Shown here: one piece after another, positions 24,139 through 34,399 of the stretch | How the letters are laid out: each line of letters begins with the position of its first letter | Position numbering within the stretch: position 1 is the stretch's first letter | IMG/VR virus record: IMGVR_UViG_3300022719_000123 | Location: 1-43,313 of that record | DNA: 43,313 nucleotides | Reading direction: 5' to 3' (one strand) | DNA from: a virus | Taxonomy: Duplodnaviria; Caudoviricetes | Made by a program: the position numbers and the translations under genes | The notes under the pieces: model-generated | Seen by the model: the letters and a program-made list of their open reading frames with translations, nothing else | Told to the model about the DNA's origin: nothing | Databases searched by the model: none

Positions 24139-24831
24139 TTATCTTCCCAACCCACTAATAAATCTGTCGAAGTTTTCACTAAATCCGGGAATATTAAACG
24201 GGCTAGGATTTTGCGGTGTGTCGCTTGCACCAGATAATAATCCTTCGATAGTCATTCTTCCAGTCGGAAGACCTTTTGCAAAACCGGGTACTCCACCAGA
24301 GGCAACACCACCGCCGCCTCCAGTAGGTGTGCTGGCCCCAGCGCCGGGACTGCTTATAGAAGAGTTGTTGTTACCACCGGTATTTCCACGGGATGAACCA
24401 AAACCACCGCCTATCCCACCAGAGGCAACACCACCGCCGCCACCTCCTGATGCCGGTGTTGGTGTGGGTGTTGTGGGTGTTGTGGGTGGAGGTGCTGCTC
24501 CCCCGCCTCCACCTCCTGTGACCGCTCCGACAAACTCATCGAGAGAGTTTTGTAACTCATCGTCGTTGAACGCATCTAAGATAGCATCGTCAGCCTTTAT
24601 GGTTATTTCCGAATCGTTCGATGTCCCTTGATTTGTGTTATCAGGAATAATTCCTCTCTCTCTCAACATCTTAGTTACTGCATTAGTGGCGAAGGTTTGA
24701 ATACTATCGTTCACTAGTCCACCACCAGTGATTGACTCAGCCGGGGATTCCCGCTGATTGCCAAAGGCTGCTGCTCTCAGTATGTCGCTGGGAGCAAATA
24801 AATCTGCTAATATATCAAATGATGTCGCCAT
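24139..24831 (-). CDS. Gly/Pro/Thr-rich putative virion protein
   Basis: 230 aa, low complexity, with an internal GGGGVASGG duplication. Confidence 0.6.
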   Translation of the reverse strand: MATSFDILADLFAPSDILRAAAFGNQRESPAESITGGGLVNDSIQTFATNAVTKMLRERGIIPDNTNQGTSNDSEITIKADDAILDAFNDDELQNSLDEFVGAVTGGGGGGAAPPPTTPTTPTPTPASGGGGGGVASGGIGGGFGSSRGNTGGNNNSSISSPGAGASTPTGGGGGVASGGVPGFAKGLPTGRMTIEGLLSGASDTPQNPSPFNIPGFSENFDRFISGLGR

Positions 24832-24847
24832 ATTAACTTACTGTTTC

Positions 24848-25663
24848 CTATCCCTCTGTCGATGCTGGTATCCCGCCAGGAAAATTAGTTCCTGTTTGCG
24901 CGAATAGTTGCTCTAATAGTGCGTTAAATTGACCCACAAATTCGGGTGGCAATTCTGGAGTTGCAGCAATAGCTCCGATTGTGCCCTGGGTGGCTAATGA
25001 ATCGAGAATATTTCTAAAATCATTCTGTGCCTGTGTTTCATCTAAAGCTGCTTGCTCTAATCCAAGGCGACCCTCGCCAAATGACTGCTCAAACGCCTGT
25101 CGTAGACGCTCTATTTCATTCTGCTCCTGCGCTATCTGTAGTTGGTTAGCAACTGACTGGGCTCCTGTGTCGGCCTCTTGTTGGCTAACTCCTAATTGCC
25201 CCCTGCCCAGCTCTAGTTGATTAGCAACCTGCTGCTGTAAGGTGTTTGCCTGTTGTTGTTCAACGCCTAATGTGCCGAGTCCTACTCTCCCTTGAGTTTG
25301 TGCCGTTCCTAGTCCCGTCAAGCCCTGCCCGATGTTTGATAAAATCCCGGCACCCTCCTGCCTTCTTCGATTGAAGTCCTCCTGAATATCCGCAAGCCCC
25401 GTCCCAAGGGCACCGAGAGTTTGGCCTCTAATATCACCCTGTCTTCTGGCCGCCTCTCCTGAACGAGAACGTCCGAGACCTGCCGCCTGGTTTTGAGCTT
25501 GGCGCTGTTGGGATGCTTGGGCTGAAGCTAATCGTGAAGTTAATCTATCTGAGGCAGTCGTAATATCCTGCTGGGAAGGAAGAGCCGATGCGGCTGCTTG
25601 TTGAAACTGCTGTCCTGCCTGCTGAAAAAAGCTCTCGTCAAGCTCGGGAAGTCCGTTTGGCAT
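24848..25663 (-). CDS. Putative DNA transfer / pilot protein
   Basis: 271 aa, Q/A/G-rich, with an AAGLGRSRSG segment; follows the nozzle genes. Confidence 0.6.
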   Translation of the reverse strand: MPNGLPELDESFFQQAGQQFQQAAASALPSQQDITTASDRLTSRLASAQASQQRQAQNQAAGLGRSRSGEAARRQGDIRGQTLGALGTGLADIQEDFNRRRQEGAGILSNIGQGLTGLGTAQTQGRVGLGTLGVEQQQANTLQQQVANQLELGRGQLGVSQQEADTGAQSVANQLQIAQEQNEIERLRQAFEQSFGEGRLGLEQAALDETQAQNDFRNILDSLATQGTIGAIAATPELPPEFVGQFNALLEQLFAQTGTNFPGGIPASTEG

Positions 25664-26451
25664 TAGTTGTCGTCTCCTTGTGTATCTGACAACGGGTAAA
25701 AATGTAGAATAAATCCGTCAAAGATTCCTATGCCGGAAATGTTGGTGTCATCAATCCCGCGTATATTTATCCATTTTGCAACACCAGAGGGTATTCCCGC
25801 AATAGAATTTGGTGAAGTCCAGTCGAGAGGCTTGAATATCGCAGGATTCTTATGCGGCTCTACGGCTTCACAAGATATTTCAACAGTAATTCCCTGCTCT
25901 AATGTGTTGATGTGTGGAAACTCTATTTTCACAAAACGCTTTGTGTCTGGCGGCTGGCCTTTTGCGAGAGTCGGGTCAATCATTTGGGTTAACCATTCGG
26001 CTCGATAGCTCTCACCCTCATCTTGACTCAATCCCTGCTTAAATGTTTGGTATAGTCGCCCGAGGTTTACTCCTCCCAAAAACATTGTCTCTTGCAGAAG
26101 GTTTATCTTACTGCTTTTTGAGCGTGGAATATACGCGCACGTAAATGCTTTACCCGCCGTGTTTCCATCTGGTGCGATATTCCAAGAGTATGTGGAGTTT
26201 AGACCGTAATCAGGGTCCATACCAAAGACCAACATACGAACAAGTTCATCAGTTGGGACATCGCTTACATCATCGTCACCTGGTTGTGTGACGCTAAGCG
26301 CCCAGTAGTTGGCACCCCAATAGTTAGCAGACCAAAACCTACCACCCCAGTATTCTTCCGCGGTTGTTGGAGTGGTGGTCGTGGTTGTAAGACTCCAATA
26401 CCTTGGGGCACTGTAGTTTGTTCCCCAATAAGTTGTGCTGTAATAGGCCAT
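25663..26451 (-). CDS. Probable C-terminal part of the tail nozzle / stabilisation protein, with a YW-repeat N-terminus
   Basis: RMLVFG..., GRLYQ, YRAEWLT..., KRFVKIEF and GVAKWINIR resemble the end of P22 gp10-like proteins. Confidence 0.5.
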   Translation of the reverse strand: MAYYSTTYWGTNYSAPRYWSLTTTTTTPTTAEEYWGGRFWSANYWGANYWALSVTQPGDDDVSDVPTDELVRMLVFGMDPDYGLNSTYSWNIAPDGNTAGKAFTCAYIPRSKSSKINLLQETMFLGGVNLGRLYQTFKQGLSQDEGESYRAEWLTQMIDPTLAKGQPPDTKRFVKIEFPHINTLEQGITVEISCEAVEPHKNPAIFKPLDWTSPNSIAGIPSGVAKWINIRGIDDTNISGIGIFDGFILHFYPLSDTQGDDN

Positions 26452-27860
26452 TAGCTAACGGGCTCCCATGGTATAGTCTGACCGGTAGAAATGTTTTTCC
26501 ACTGCACTGAGATGCTTGTTCCAACTTCTCGCCAGAGCGTATCTCCAGTTGACTGTAGGGCTAGGCCAAAAATAAACTGTGTGTTCGCTCTATCCCACTG
26601 GCAGAATAAAAACGATCCCTGATTATATTCCGCAATCATCGGATCTCGGATTATATTCCTAATCTTCTCGCTGTCCTTTGAGTTAATACCATTTGGAGTT
26701 ATGAAGGTAGGCCCATTCACTCCCCAGAACGCAACGGTGTCATCGTTTCTTCCTCCAACGGCAATACTTTTATGAAAGTGAGTGCCCTCAAACGGAAAGG
26801 CTTCTCTAACAAAAAACTCTGTGTCGGTCCTTCCTTGTATTTCGTTTATTCCAAATCCTGGCGGAGAAAAGACGTAAAGCCCTCCTAAGCGGTTTCGCGT
26901 AAGTCCTGTAACCTGGGTTGGGAATCGCTCAACACGGTCACTAGAAAAGTATTGTAGGGGATTTCCCGTTCCATCATCTGGGAGCGAGTACCAAACCTCG
27001 TTTCCCTTTGCTAACCACATCCGGCTTTGATGAAACGCGCCTACATAGCACGGCTCTGGTGGTGGGTCATGATCGCCTGAAAGTGGCGCTGTCTCTAATC
27101 CAAGATCGGCATCCGCTGTTGAGTCGGTATAACTTGTTGTCGCAAGGGGGATTTCAGTAACAAACCTATGAGGTAACTCTCCTGCGGTAATAGTTCTATA
27201 AATTCTCTTCTTATCAACTCCTTCTTTTGCAACGCTCGTCTCAAGTCCGGACACCACCACGTCTTCCCCATCTGGAGATATTGTCGCTGAGATAGTAGAG
27301 GGAGAGGACTCCCATCCGGTAGTTGAATCGTAAAAGGTATAGACATAGGTGTAGTTTGTTCCTGTAATGCTTCCGCTTCCCTGAGGAGCAACCGTCGGAG
27401 CTTCAGTTGGAGATGGACCGCCAAGCCTGAGTACAGAGCCCGTCGATATGTCTGTTATCATAGCAGGTCGTGAGGCAAGGATAATGAGACTATCGTTTGC
27501 CTGCATGATGTCTGCTATCGCTTCTATATTAAAAGAAACATGTGCGCCCTGGGCTATCGCCTCCCACTCGTTTGATGTCCAGTTTAGTTTCTCAATCACA
27601 CTTTCGCTTGAAACACGTCTATGTCGAACAATAGTTTCTAGAACAGGAACCTTGAGGCTTGGGTTCGGCTCCGCAAAACCACCAATCCCCCAGATATCGC
27701 CAAAGACGTTCCACGCATTAGACCCATCCCTCTTAATGAGCGTACCTAGCTCGCGGTTAACATGGTAGTTGATGAGACTAAGAAATGTTATTTGTGGCGC
27801 GGCAATGGGTGTTACTAACGTATCTAATCCCTGCAAGTCTTTATAGTGAGCGGTTTCCAT
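26451..27860 (-). CDS. Tail nozzle / stabilisation protein (beta-propeller), N-terminal part
   Basis: GTLIKRDG, YTYVYTF..GWES.PS, RIYRT and FHQSRMW..VWYS motifs; podovirus synteny. Confidence 0.65.
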   Translation of the reverse strand: METAHYKDLQGLDTLVTPIAAPQITFLSLINYHVNRELGTLIKRDGSNAWNVFGDIWGIGGFAEPNPSLKVPVLETIVRHRRVSSESVIEKLNWTSNEWEAIAQGAHVSFNIEAIADIMQANDSLIILASRPAMITDISTGSVLRLGGPSPTEAPTVAPQGSGSITGTNYTYVYTFYDSTTGWESSPSTISATISPDGEDVVVSGLETSVAKEGVDKKRIYRTITAGELPHRFVTEIPLATTSYTDSTADADLGLETAPLSGDHDPPPEPCYVGAFHQSRMWLAKGNEVWYSLPDDGTGNPLQYFSSDRVERFPTQVTGLTRNRLGGLYVFSPPGFGINEIQGRTDTEFFVREAFPFEGTHFHKSIAVGGRNDDTVAFWGVNGPTFITPNGINSKDSEKIRNIIRDPMIAEYNQGSFLFCQWDRANTQFIFGLALQSTGDTLWREVGTSISVQWKNISTGQTIPWEPVS

Positions 27861-28635
27861 TTATCTTCCTCGACGCATCTTCTAATATAATCCTCATTCG
27901 CCGTATCTCTTCATCGAGTTGGGTAAGGCCAAACGTGCGAAGGGTGGTAGAAAAAGTGTTGACTGCTGTAAGCACATCAGCAACGTCTTCTTCTAGCATG
28001 GTTAAATCTACACTCCCCCCCCCTCCCGATGTATTGTCTGCTATCTCTTTTACCACAGACCCAGCAACTGCCCCGGCATACGTATTAGAGGAATCAACAG
28101 AGAATAAGTCATCCACTGCGGATTGTGCCATAGCTGACACGGTTACATTATCGGCTGTTTCATCAAAATCCGAGCGGGAGCTAACTGTAGTATCTAAATT
28201 GTCTAAGTTGTTTGCTCTGGCAGTCGTGAGCTTTGTGTCATTAAGGGCGGTAGTGTCAACTAAAATATCATCGACATTAGAATCAACAACCGAGATAGGC
28301 GCGTCCAGTTCATCAGCCCATCCGCCAACAGTGATAGATTCTTCTCGTGGAAAGTTATCGACATCAGCATCCGCTGTAGTTGCAAGGATATACAGTACGG
28401 TATCAGCAGAAGGAGCGGCTGATAGGTTGTAGCTATAAAGTCCTGGGAGATTGGTAGCATCTACCTCTGTCATTGTGACAGTTGTGTATGTTGTCCAGAT
28501 GGTGCCGTTCCAGAAGGTATTATCGTCTTCCCGGCGGATAGATAGATCGATAGTCGCACCAGTTTCCCCTGCCCCAGCCGAATCAAGGGCAGTGACATAG
28601 ATATCAACCGTCTCTCCTTGCTGAACTCTGCTCAC
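27841..28635 (-). CDS. Putative tail/virion protein
   Basis: 264 aa; acidic Ig-like N-terminus and coiled-coil C-terminus. Confidence 0.6.
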   Translation of the reverse strand: MSRVQQGETVDIYVTALDSAGAGETGATIDLSIRREDDNTFWNGTIWTTYTTVTMTEVDATNLPGLYSYNLSAAPSADTVLYILATTADADVDNFPREESITVGGWADELDAPISVVDSNVDDILVDTTALNDTKLTTARANNLDNLDTTVSSRSDFDETADNVTVSAMAQSAVDDLFSVDSSNTYAGAVAGSVVKEIADNTSGGGGSVDLTMLEEDVADVLTAVNTFSTTLRTFGLTQLDEEIRRMRIILEDASRKINGNRSL

Positions 28636-29006
28636 TACGTGTCGTCTTCCTCTTCTCTAAACACTATCCTTCTATTGCCAGGCGTTGATGGGCTATCTAT
28701 TAAAAAGTCAACTACCTGGTCTACCGTATAGCTGCCAAACTGTTCGGGCAAAGCAGTCTTTAAAACACCAAAAGCCTGCCCCCAGCTTGTCCTTATAATC
28801 TCATTCTTGAGTCGGCCCGGCACACCGTCGCTTTCAACGTTAAAGGTAAGAGCCACTTGATTTGTGTCAGATGGGTCTGAGCCTTGAAAGGTTTGAACAT
28901 CTACAAGCGTCTTGCTTCCAAACAGCCCTGGTGCTGCTGATTTAAGTATATCGAAAATTTGCTGAGTTGTTCCTTCGATATAAACCTGCTTTTTCTTTTC
29001 TGCCAT
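28635..29006 (-). CDS. Hypothetical protein with an internal two-fold repeat
   Basis: QQIFDILKSAAPGLFGS versus GQAFGVLKTALPEQFGS. Confidence 0.7.
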   Translation of the reverse strand: MAEKKKQVYIEGTTQQIFDILKSAAPGLFGSKTLVDVQTFQGSDPSDTNQVALTFNVESDGVPGRLKNEIIRTSWGQAFGVLKTALPEQFGSYTVDQVVDFLIDSPSTPGNRRIVFREEEDDT

Positions 29007-29014
29007 TTTAAATC

Positions 29015-29758
29015 CTATTGATTTCGCCTATCACTCCAAAAAACAAGCCAGTTTCTTCCATCGAAGTCGGCTCCAACTATATATGCTGTTCCTGCTGGAG
29101 ATATTGAGTTGCTAACATTATACATCTGCTGTCCACCCGGTCGATAGAAGTACGCATCTATATTTGATCCGTCGAGCTTTGCTAGCATTATGTTTCGTCC
29201 ATCAAATGCAACCCCATCTATGTCTGAGACGATAGAAAAAGAGTTGTTTAAATCTAGAATCCTATCAGTCTTCACCGTCCAGAATTCTAGCGTTGGCGTA
29301 CCTGACGGGTCTTCCACAATAAGTATATTTCTTCCATCCCATGCTATGCCCTTTTTCTTAGAGCTGTTCATTGTCAATAAATATCGACTATGCGCCGTTC
29401 CACCATCCCACCCATAGCTTTCAATATAGTCTCTTTTGTCTACCAACGTTAGAAAATCTCTTCCGTTAAACGTCAAAGAAAACCGCGTCGTTGCACCTGC
29501 GGCTATAGGATCGCTACTTATCTCACTGTAATTTCCTAAGCCATCGTGCCTAATCTGCCTAAAGTTCGGTGCTCCAACTAAGGACGTGTTTCCCTCCTCT
29601 GTCCAGCAAAAGTATCCTCGTGGGGTTACACATGCTCCATGATGCCTAGCCCACGGTTTAGTTCCGCTAAATGAGAGCGTGTGAACCAGTTCGTTGTTTA
29701 TCAACGAGCCGTCTGGTCTGCACCGCATCACATACAAGTCTCCGATTGCACCTGCCAT
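29015..29758 (-). CDS. Beta-propeller-like protein, possible receptor-binding protein
   Basis: Repeated FNGRD / WDGRN / FDGRN / FDGRN blades. Confidence 0.6.
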   Translation of the reverse strand: MAGAIGDLYVMRCRPDGSLINNELVHTLSFSGTKPWARHHGACVTPRGYFCWTEEGNTSLVGAPNFRQIRHDGLGNYSEISSDPIAAGATTRFSLTFNGRDFLTLVDKRDYIESYGWDGGTAHSRYLLTMNSSKKKGIAWDGRNILIVEDPSGTPTLEFWTVKTDRILDLNNSFSIVSDIDGVAFDGRNIMLAKLDGSNIDAYFYRPGGQQMYNVSNSISPAGTAYIVGADFDGRNWLVFWSDRRNQ

Positions 29759-31023
29759 TATCTAATATTCTGTGCTTGCGCTTCAATTGATACGGTAAAT
29801 TCATTGGTTGCTGATGTTCCTGTCGCAACCACTCGAATTCTAAAATCGTCTCCATATGCTGGGAGCTGAAGAACTTTGTTTACTTGACTAGCGACCTCAG
29901 TATCTTCAAACATAATTGTTTGATAATGATATTCATCGTATTCCCACCAGGTGGTCCCGCCATCATCAGAAACTTGTGGAATGAACTGAATACGAGTCGG
30001 AGAGTTGGTTGAGTCAACATCTAAGTAAACGGAAACCCACGCATGCCGCTGTGTGTTGAGAGTAGAACTGTTTGCCGATGTTGTAACATTATCAAAAACC
30101 TGAGCATTCATGAGGTTAGAAGTGGATGTCCTCTTTACCAAAGGTGAGGTTAGGAGGAAGTTTAGGGCAGCATCCGTGTCCTGTTCAACATCAACGGCAG
30201 CAGTTCCGTCAAACGTGGTAAGGAAAGAGCCCAATCTACCTTTAGTATCAAAATGCGCGTTTACTCTGTCGCTCGAACCAACTGACGTAGGATTCTCACC
30301 CACTGCTTTTCCACCAATCTTTACCGGCTCTCCGGCGTCGGCTGTGTCATGGGCTACGTCGCCCGAAACACTGGCCCCATCACTGGCTGCATTGTCCCAA
30401 TCATCCATAATGGCAAGGGACGTAGAGGAGTTTGAAGTATTGGTGTCGATGTTATCGAGAACAGCGTTATCGGTAGCACCAAGGTCAGCAGTCACTGTGC
30501 CGTCGATGGTAATCGAGTTTCCACCATCCTGGATATTAACTGCCGATGCCCCGCTAGCATTGTCCACCGTGACAGCATGACCATCAGGAAGCTGGTTTGC
30601 GGCAGTAGCAACACCAGAAACGGTGACATCGTTATTAGAACCAAGGTTAACCGTGACACCATCTGCGCTAGTGCCTGGCATCCGGTCCCAGGTCGAGCCA
30701 TCAAACACTAGATTAAATGCTGCCTCTGAGTGGGCTATTGGGTTTGCTAGATTGTCGGCTAAGGTAACAGTTGACGCTGGATCGTCATAGTAGATAAGCA
30801 AGTCGTCGGTATCCGACATGGACGTTGTGTCATGGTCCAATGTCAAAACATTTGTAGAAACCGAGCCAACCTTTGTTGCATCAGCGAAGTTAAAAATGAT
30901 AATACCGTCAGTTACATTTGTGATTATTAGCATCCCATCAAGAGAAATGCTGGCGTAGTCGTCAAACGTTATCGTCTGAGCCGATGCGTCAAAGGTGTAG
31001 TTTGTTACTCTTACTTTTGCCAT
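29758..31023 (-). CDS. Tail fibre/spike-like protein
   Basis: 421 aa; YTFDASAQTITF N-terminal module, DGGNSITIDGTV repeats, jelly-roll-like C-terminus. Confidence 0.6.
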   Translation of the reverse strand: MAKVRVTNYTFDASAQTITFDDYASISLDGMLIITNVTDGIIIFNFADATKVGSVSTNVLTLDHDTTSMSDTDDLLIYYDDPASTVTLADNLANPIAHSEAAFNLVFDGSTWDRMPGTSADGVTVNLGSNNDVTVSGVATAANQLPDGHAVTVDNASGASAVNIQDGGNSITIDGTVTADLGATDNAVLDNIDTNTSNSSTSLAIMDDWDNAASDGASVSGDVAHDTADAGEPVKIGGKAVGENPTSVGSSDRVNAHFDTKGRLGSFLTTFDGTAAVDVEQDTDAALNFLLTSPLVKRTSTSNLMNAQVFDNVTTSANSSTLNTQRHAWVSVYLDVDSTNSPTRIQFIPQVSDDGGTTWWEYDEYHYQTIMFEDTEVASQVNKVLQLPAYGDDFRIRVVATGTSATNEFTVSIEAQAQNIR

Positions 31024-31262
31024 TATAGTGCTACCGCATATGCTATTGCTAAATCTTCACTTACTCCGCCACCGCCGGAGGGAAGATTGCCTATTTGAAC
31101 TTTCTTTCTATTATTAGAGTCCGCACTGTCCGCTATTACCAACAAGTCCGCACTAACTGGCGTTCCCTTCTCAGTAAGGTTCTCAATGTTGCCAACATTG
31201 TCGGCATCGACGATGTAATCAAAGACCGCGCCCTTGGTCATTTCTCCCACTACACTGGGCAT
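31023..31262 (-). CDS. Small virion-associated protein
   Basis: 79 aa ending in GGGGVSEDLAIAYAVAL; coupled to the next gene. Confidence 0.65.
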   Translation of the reverse strand: MPSVVGEMTKGAVFDYIVDADNVGNIENLTEKGTPVSADLLVIADSADSNNRKKVQIGNLPSGGGGVSEDLAIAYAVAL

Positions 31263-31343
31263 GTCGTCTCTCTCCTATGGCTGCTCAGGAATGTTCTCGT
31301 TTCGGTAAACTCGCTTCGTCCTGTTCTGTTGTTCTATCCGGAT

Positions 31344-31640
31344 TCATTTTACCAGCTCCTTAAGTGATTCATAATACGTTTCGAGTCTTGTAAGTCTTGT
31401 CTCTCGTCGTCTTGCGTGCCGTTCATTTTCGAGTGCTTTTTCCTCTGTGACCTTAAGTCGTGCAATTGCGTCGGAGATTCGGTTTGTGTTTTGTCTGTCG
31501 ATTCGTTCGAGGACTGCGAGTCTTGCCGAAAGGCCCGTATACAACGCCGAAGCGCTAAACCCTGCGATACTGACAAGTAAAGCAATGCCGATGAAGACGA
31601 CACGAGTATTAAAATCATTAGGTTTTCTCCCATTGCTCAC
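31344..31640 (-). CDS. Single-TM coiled-coil protein (possible lysis accessory)
   Basis: VVFIGIALLVSIAGFSASALY followed by a heptad-rich tail. Confidence 0.6.
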   Translation of the reverse strand: MSNGRKPNDFNTRVVFIGIALLVSIAGFSASALYTGLSARLAVLERIDRQNTNRISDAIARLKVTEEKALENERHARRRETRLTRLETYYESLKELVK

Positions 31641-31644
31641 CGTT

Positions 31645-33162
31645 TTATATGCTCACTGTCATTGTTGTTGGGTCTGTAAAGCCTGGGTTTTTGGAAACGT
31701 AGACATAATAGTCTTCCTCGAACCCAGCATCGTTTTGTACCGTCAACTCGTTTCCACTATTCGCATCTATCCAAAAATCTCCAATCGATTCGAAACCGCC
31801 GATTACAATTGAAGTAAGCGCACCAAGACGAGCCGGATACGCAATGTAGGTATATTCTGATCCTGTTGCATTGACCGTCATATCACGACTAGACATCGAA
31901 TTGCTCGATATTTGCCCCGGTTCACTCGCTGTATTGTCTTTGACATTGTCTTGGTCGTAAACATTTCCGCCATCCCCGCCTGCGTCCAGAGCTAGCTCCC
32001 CCCAATAGATATAGTTTTGTGGCGAGGTAGAGGTAAGCAATTGGAAGTCATCGCCGCCGTCAGCAAGCCCGGTGTCGGTAGAGGTTATACAAGCAAAAGT
32101 TTCTGAATATCCAGCAGAGTTATCAACGTTTGAAACACCTGTTTGTACTGATGGCGCTACTGTTGTCCTGGTTGAGTTAAATGAAGCAGTGGCCATACCA
32201 AAACCACTATTCCTTCTTACTTGCTGAACGTCGCTAAGTCTGTCCGCGTAGGCAAAGACCAAATAGTTTGCCGTGGTAGAAATGTTATTGATTGTTTGGT
32301 TTCGACTTTCGTTCGGTCCAGAAACTTCGGTAAGCGCTTCAAGGCTGGCCTCTGTTTGGTTGCCTTGTGTTAACGTCGAGTTCCCATATCGCATGGTGTT
32401 GTTGAATGAAACACTCTCAGTATCCGTCGTCCCATCCGCCGACTGAGATAACGTAAACGTTACTGTCCCACCCGCACTTGATGGGTACTCTACAATCTCA
32501 GTGTTTGTCTCTGGCCCTTCTACAGGAGTCATTGAGAGATTACCTGACCAAGCGTTGTTGGCCCCAGACATTGCGACCTCGGCGGTCATACCACCGGGTG
32601 CATTAGAATACGTTGCAGTAAACGTAATAGCGCCGACACCTCGCCATGTTCCAGAGCCGATTAGTTGATTAGTATCTGAAATGCCGTCAGAAAACGAATC
32701 GATAGAGAATGTAAACTCATCAGTATCTCCGGCAGTTCCCGGAACCCAGTTGCTGCCGTCCCATTTTAGAACCTGGTTTAAGCTCGGGGTTGAGGTAGTA
32801 GTGTCTGCATCTGATAAATCATCAACTCCCTTAGCCGCAAAGTCGGTATCAAAATCAGTGCTATCGTAATGGTCTAAATCAGAGATTTGTGACTCTGTAA
32901 TACTTAAAGCCGCTTCATGCTGGGTAATGTTTGATTCGGCAATTCTTGCATCAAGAAATGTCCCAGAAGTAACATCAGAAGCATCATGAACATGAGAAGC
33001 TTCGGCGAGCCCAGCCTCTGTTGGAGTTTGGTTAATCCACTCGCTCGAACCGTTATCATATGCGAGAATATCGTTATCACCTACAGACGTAATAGTAACG
33101 TCAGAAAGACCGGCAATGACCGAAGTTCCACCTCCTGATTTGATGCTTTTTAAAACAACCAT
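31645..33162 (-). CDS. Tail fibre-like protein
   Basis: 505 aa; LSDVTITS..DNDILAYD..WIN fibre repeats; two related YLVFAY / YTYIAYP C-terminal modules. Confidence 0.65.
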   Translation of the reverse strand: MVVLKSIKSGGGTSVIAGLSDVTITSVGDNDILAYDNGSSEWINQTPTEAGLAEASHVHDASDVTSGTFLDARIAESNITQHEAALSITESQISDLDHYDSTDFDTDFAAKGVDDLSDADTTTSTPSLNQVLKWDGSNWVPGTAGDTDEFTFSIDSFSDGISDTNQLIGSGTWRGVGAITFTATYSNAPGGMTAEVAMSGANNAWSGNLSMTPVEGPETNTEIVEYPSSAGGTVTFTLSQSADGTTDTESVSFNNTMRYGNSTLTQGNQTEASLEALTEVSGPNESRNQTINNISTTANYLVFAYADRLSDVQQVRRNSGFGMATASFNSTRTTVAPSVQTGVSNVDNSAGYSETFACITSTDTGLADGGDDFQLLTSTSPQNYIYWGELALDAGGDGGNVYDQDNVKDNTASEPGQISSNSMSSRDMTVNATGSEYTYIAYPARLGALTSIVIGGFESIGDFWIDANSGNELTVQNDAGFEEDYYVYVSKNPGFTDPTTMTVSI

Positions 33163-33524
33163 TAGTCATCTGCTTTTAATGTTACCTTTTTCGGCTCCAT
33201 AACTCGACGAATCATTTCAAAGAAAACACCATTAGCCACCTTAGCAATCACTGTGGTGCGCTCTTTAAGGCGTTTGTAGTCTTCTGAATCTAAAACTATG
33301 TCCTCCTTTGCACCTTTAATTCTTTCAGCAATTTTACCAAGCTCGTAGACATCAAACTTAGGGTCTTTAATATTGGCGTTTGTAATAAGTTTAGGTAATT
33401 GCCGTCTAGGATCTACGGGCACCGCCTTATCATCCAACAGTACCCTATTCTCCCCATCAACTACCTCAACAGTGTCAACATACTCATATGCGCTAAGGTC
33501 TATTCTATATCCTTCCATTGTCAT
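33162..33524 (-). CDS. Hypothetical protein, possible fibre assembly chaperone
   Basis: 120-aa helical protein between fibre genes. Confidence 0.55.
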   Translation of the reverse strand: MTMEGYRIDLSAYEYVDTVEVVDGENRVLLDDKAVPVDPRRQLPKLITNANIKDPKFDVYELGKIAERIKGAKEDIVLDSEDYKRLKERTTVIAKVANGVFFEMIRRVMEPKKVTLKADD

Positions 33525-33527
33525 GCT

Positions 33528-34397
33528 CTAGCTACTAGGCGTAATAGTTATTGCCGTTCTGTTGTTGTTAGTATCCGTCGATGCCGTGATTCGAACTAAG
33601 GTTCCGTCTGGCGTCGAGAAGGTGTTACCTTCATTGCTGGTTCTTCCCGCTACAGCGGAGAGTATAACACTCATCGCTTGTTGTAGAGTGACGCTACCCG
33701 CCGTTTCTATAACATCATTTGTCACGGCATCACGAACAACGTCTCTTGGAACAGCTCGGATATTCGCAACATCGGTAAGCGCGTTAATCAAGACGTACTT
33801 ACTAGTTGCATCTGGTTGGATGGTCCATGCTGGATAGACCGTTGCTACTTTAGTAGCTCCGACGTAGTCAGTAACCACCCTACTTTGTCCAGCACCTGTT
33901 CCTTCCTGAACTAGGATAGCCTGCCCATTATAAATATCGTCAGTTGCAGAGGCTGCGGCAGCAAGCGTTATTGTGGTTGAAGCCCCACCTTGTGCTGTGC
34001 CATCTGGTTCCCCTAAAGCACGCATACGCTTACCGAACGATTCAGAGGTAGTATATGTTGAGTCGAACACCGTATCTCCTAGCCGCTCAACAACAGCTAT
34101 TTCAACTCCTGTCTCAATAGTGTTGGCAGATTTATATCTGATAAGAGCTGTGCCTAGCGTATCCAGCTCTCCAGCCGTAAGTTCTACATAGTAGTATCCA
34201 TCAGAAATGTGGGTTAGTGTCGCCGAGGTACTAGTAAACGAGCCCCCGTTTTTACTAATTTCTGGCTGCCCGCCGCCTTCACCAGTCTCTGCCGTTATGC
34301 CGTCCGTAGCATCGACTAGTAGCATGTAAACTCTTCTATTTGCAGCGGTGGATTCACTTAAAATGTATTCCCGTGCCGCGCCGTGATATTGAGCCAT
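33528..34397 (-). CDS. Putative tail/virion protein
   Basis: 289 aa; ISKNGG..GYYYVEL Ig-like module and DDIYNG..GTGAGQSR..DY module. Confidence 0.6.
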   Translation of the reverse strand: MAQYHGAAREYILSESTAANRRVYMLLVDATDGITAETGEGGGQPEISKNGGSFTSTSATLTHISDGYYYVELTAGELDTLGTALIRYKSANTIETGVEIAVVERLGDTVFDSTYTTSESFGKRMRALGEPDGTAQGGASTTITLAAAASATDDIYNGQAILVQEGTGAGQSRVVTDYVGATKVATVYPAWTIQPDATSKYVLINALTDVANIRAVPRDVVRDAVTNDVIETAGSVTLQQAMSVILSAVAGRTSNEGNTFSTPDGTLVRITASTDTNNNRTAITITPSS

Positions 34398-34399
34398 TG

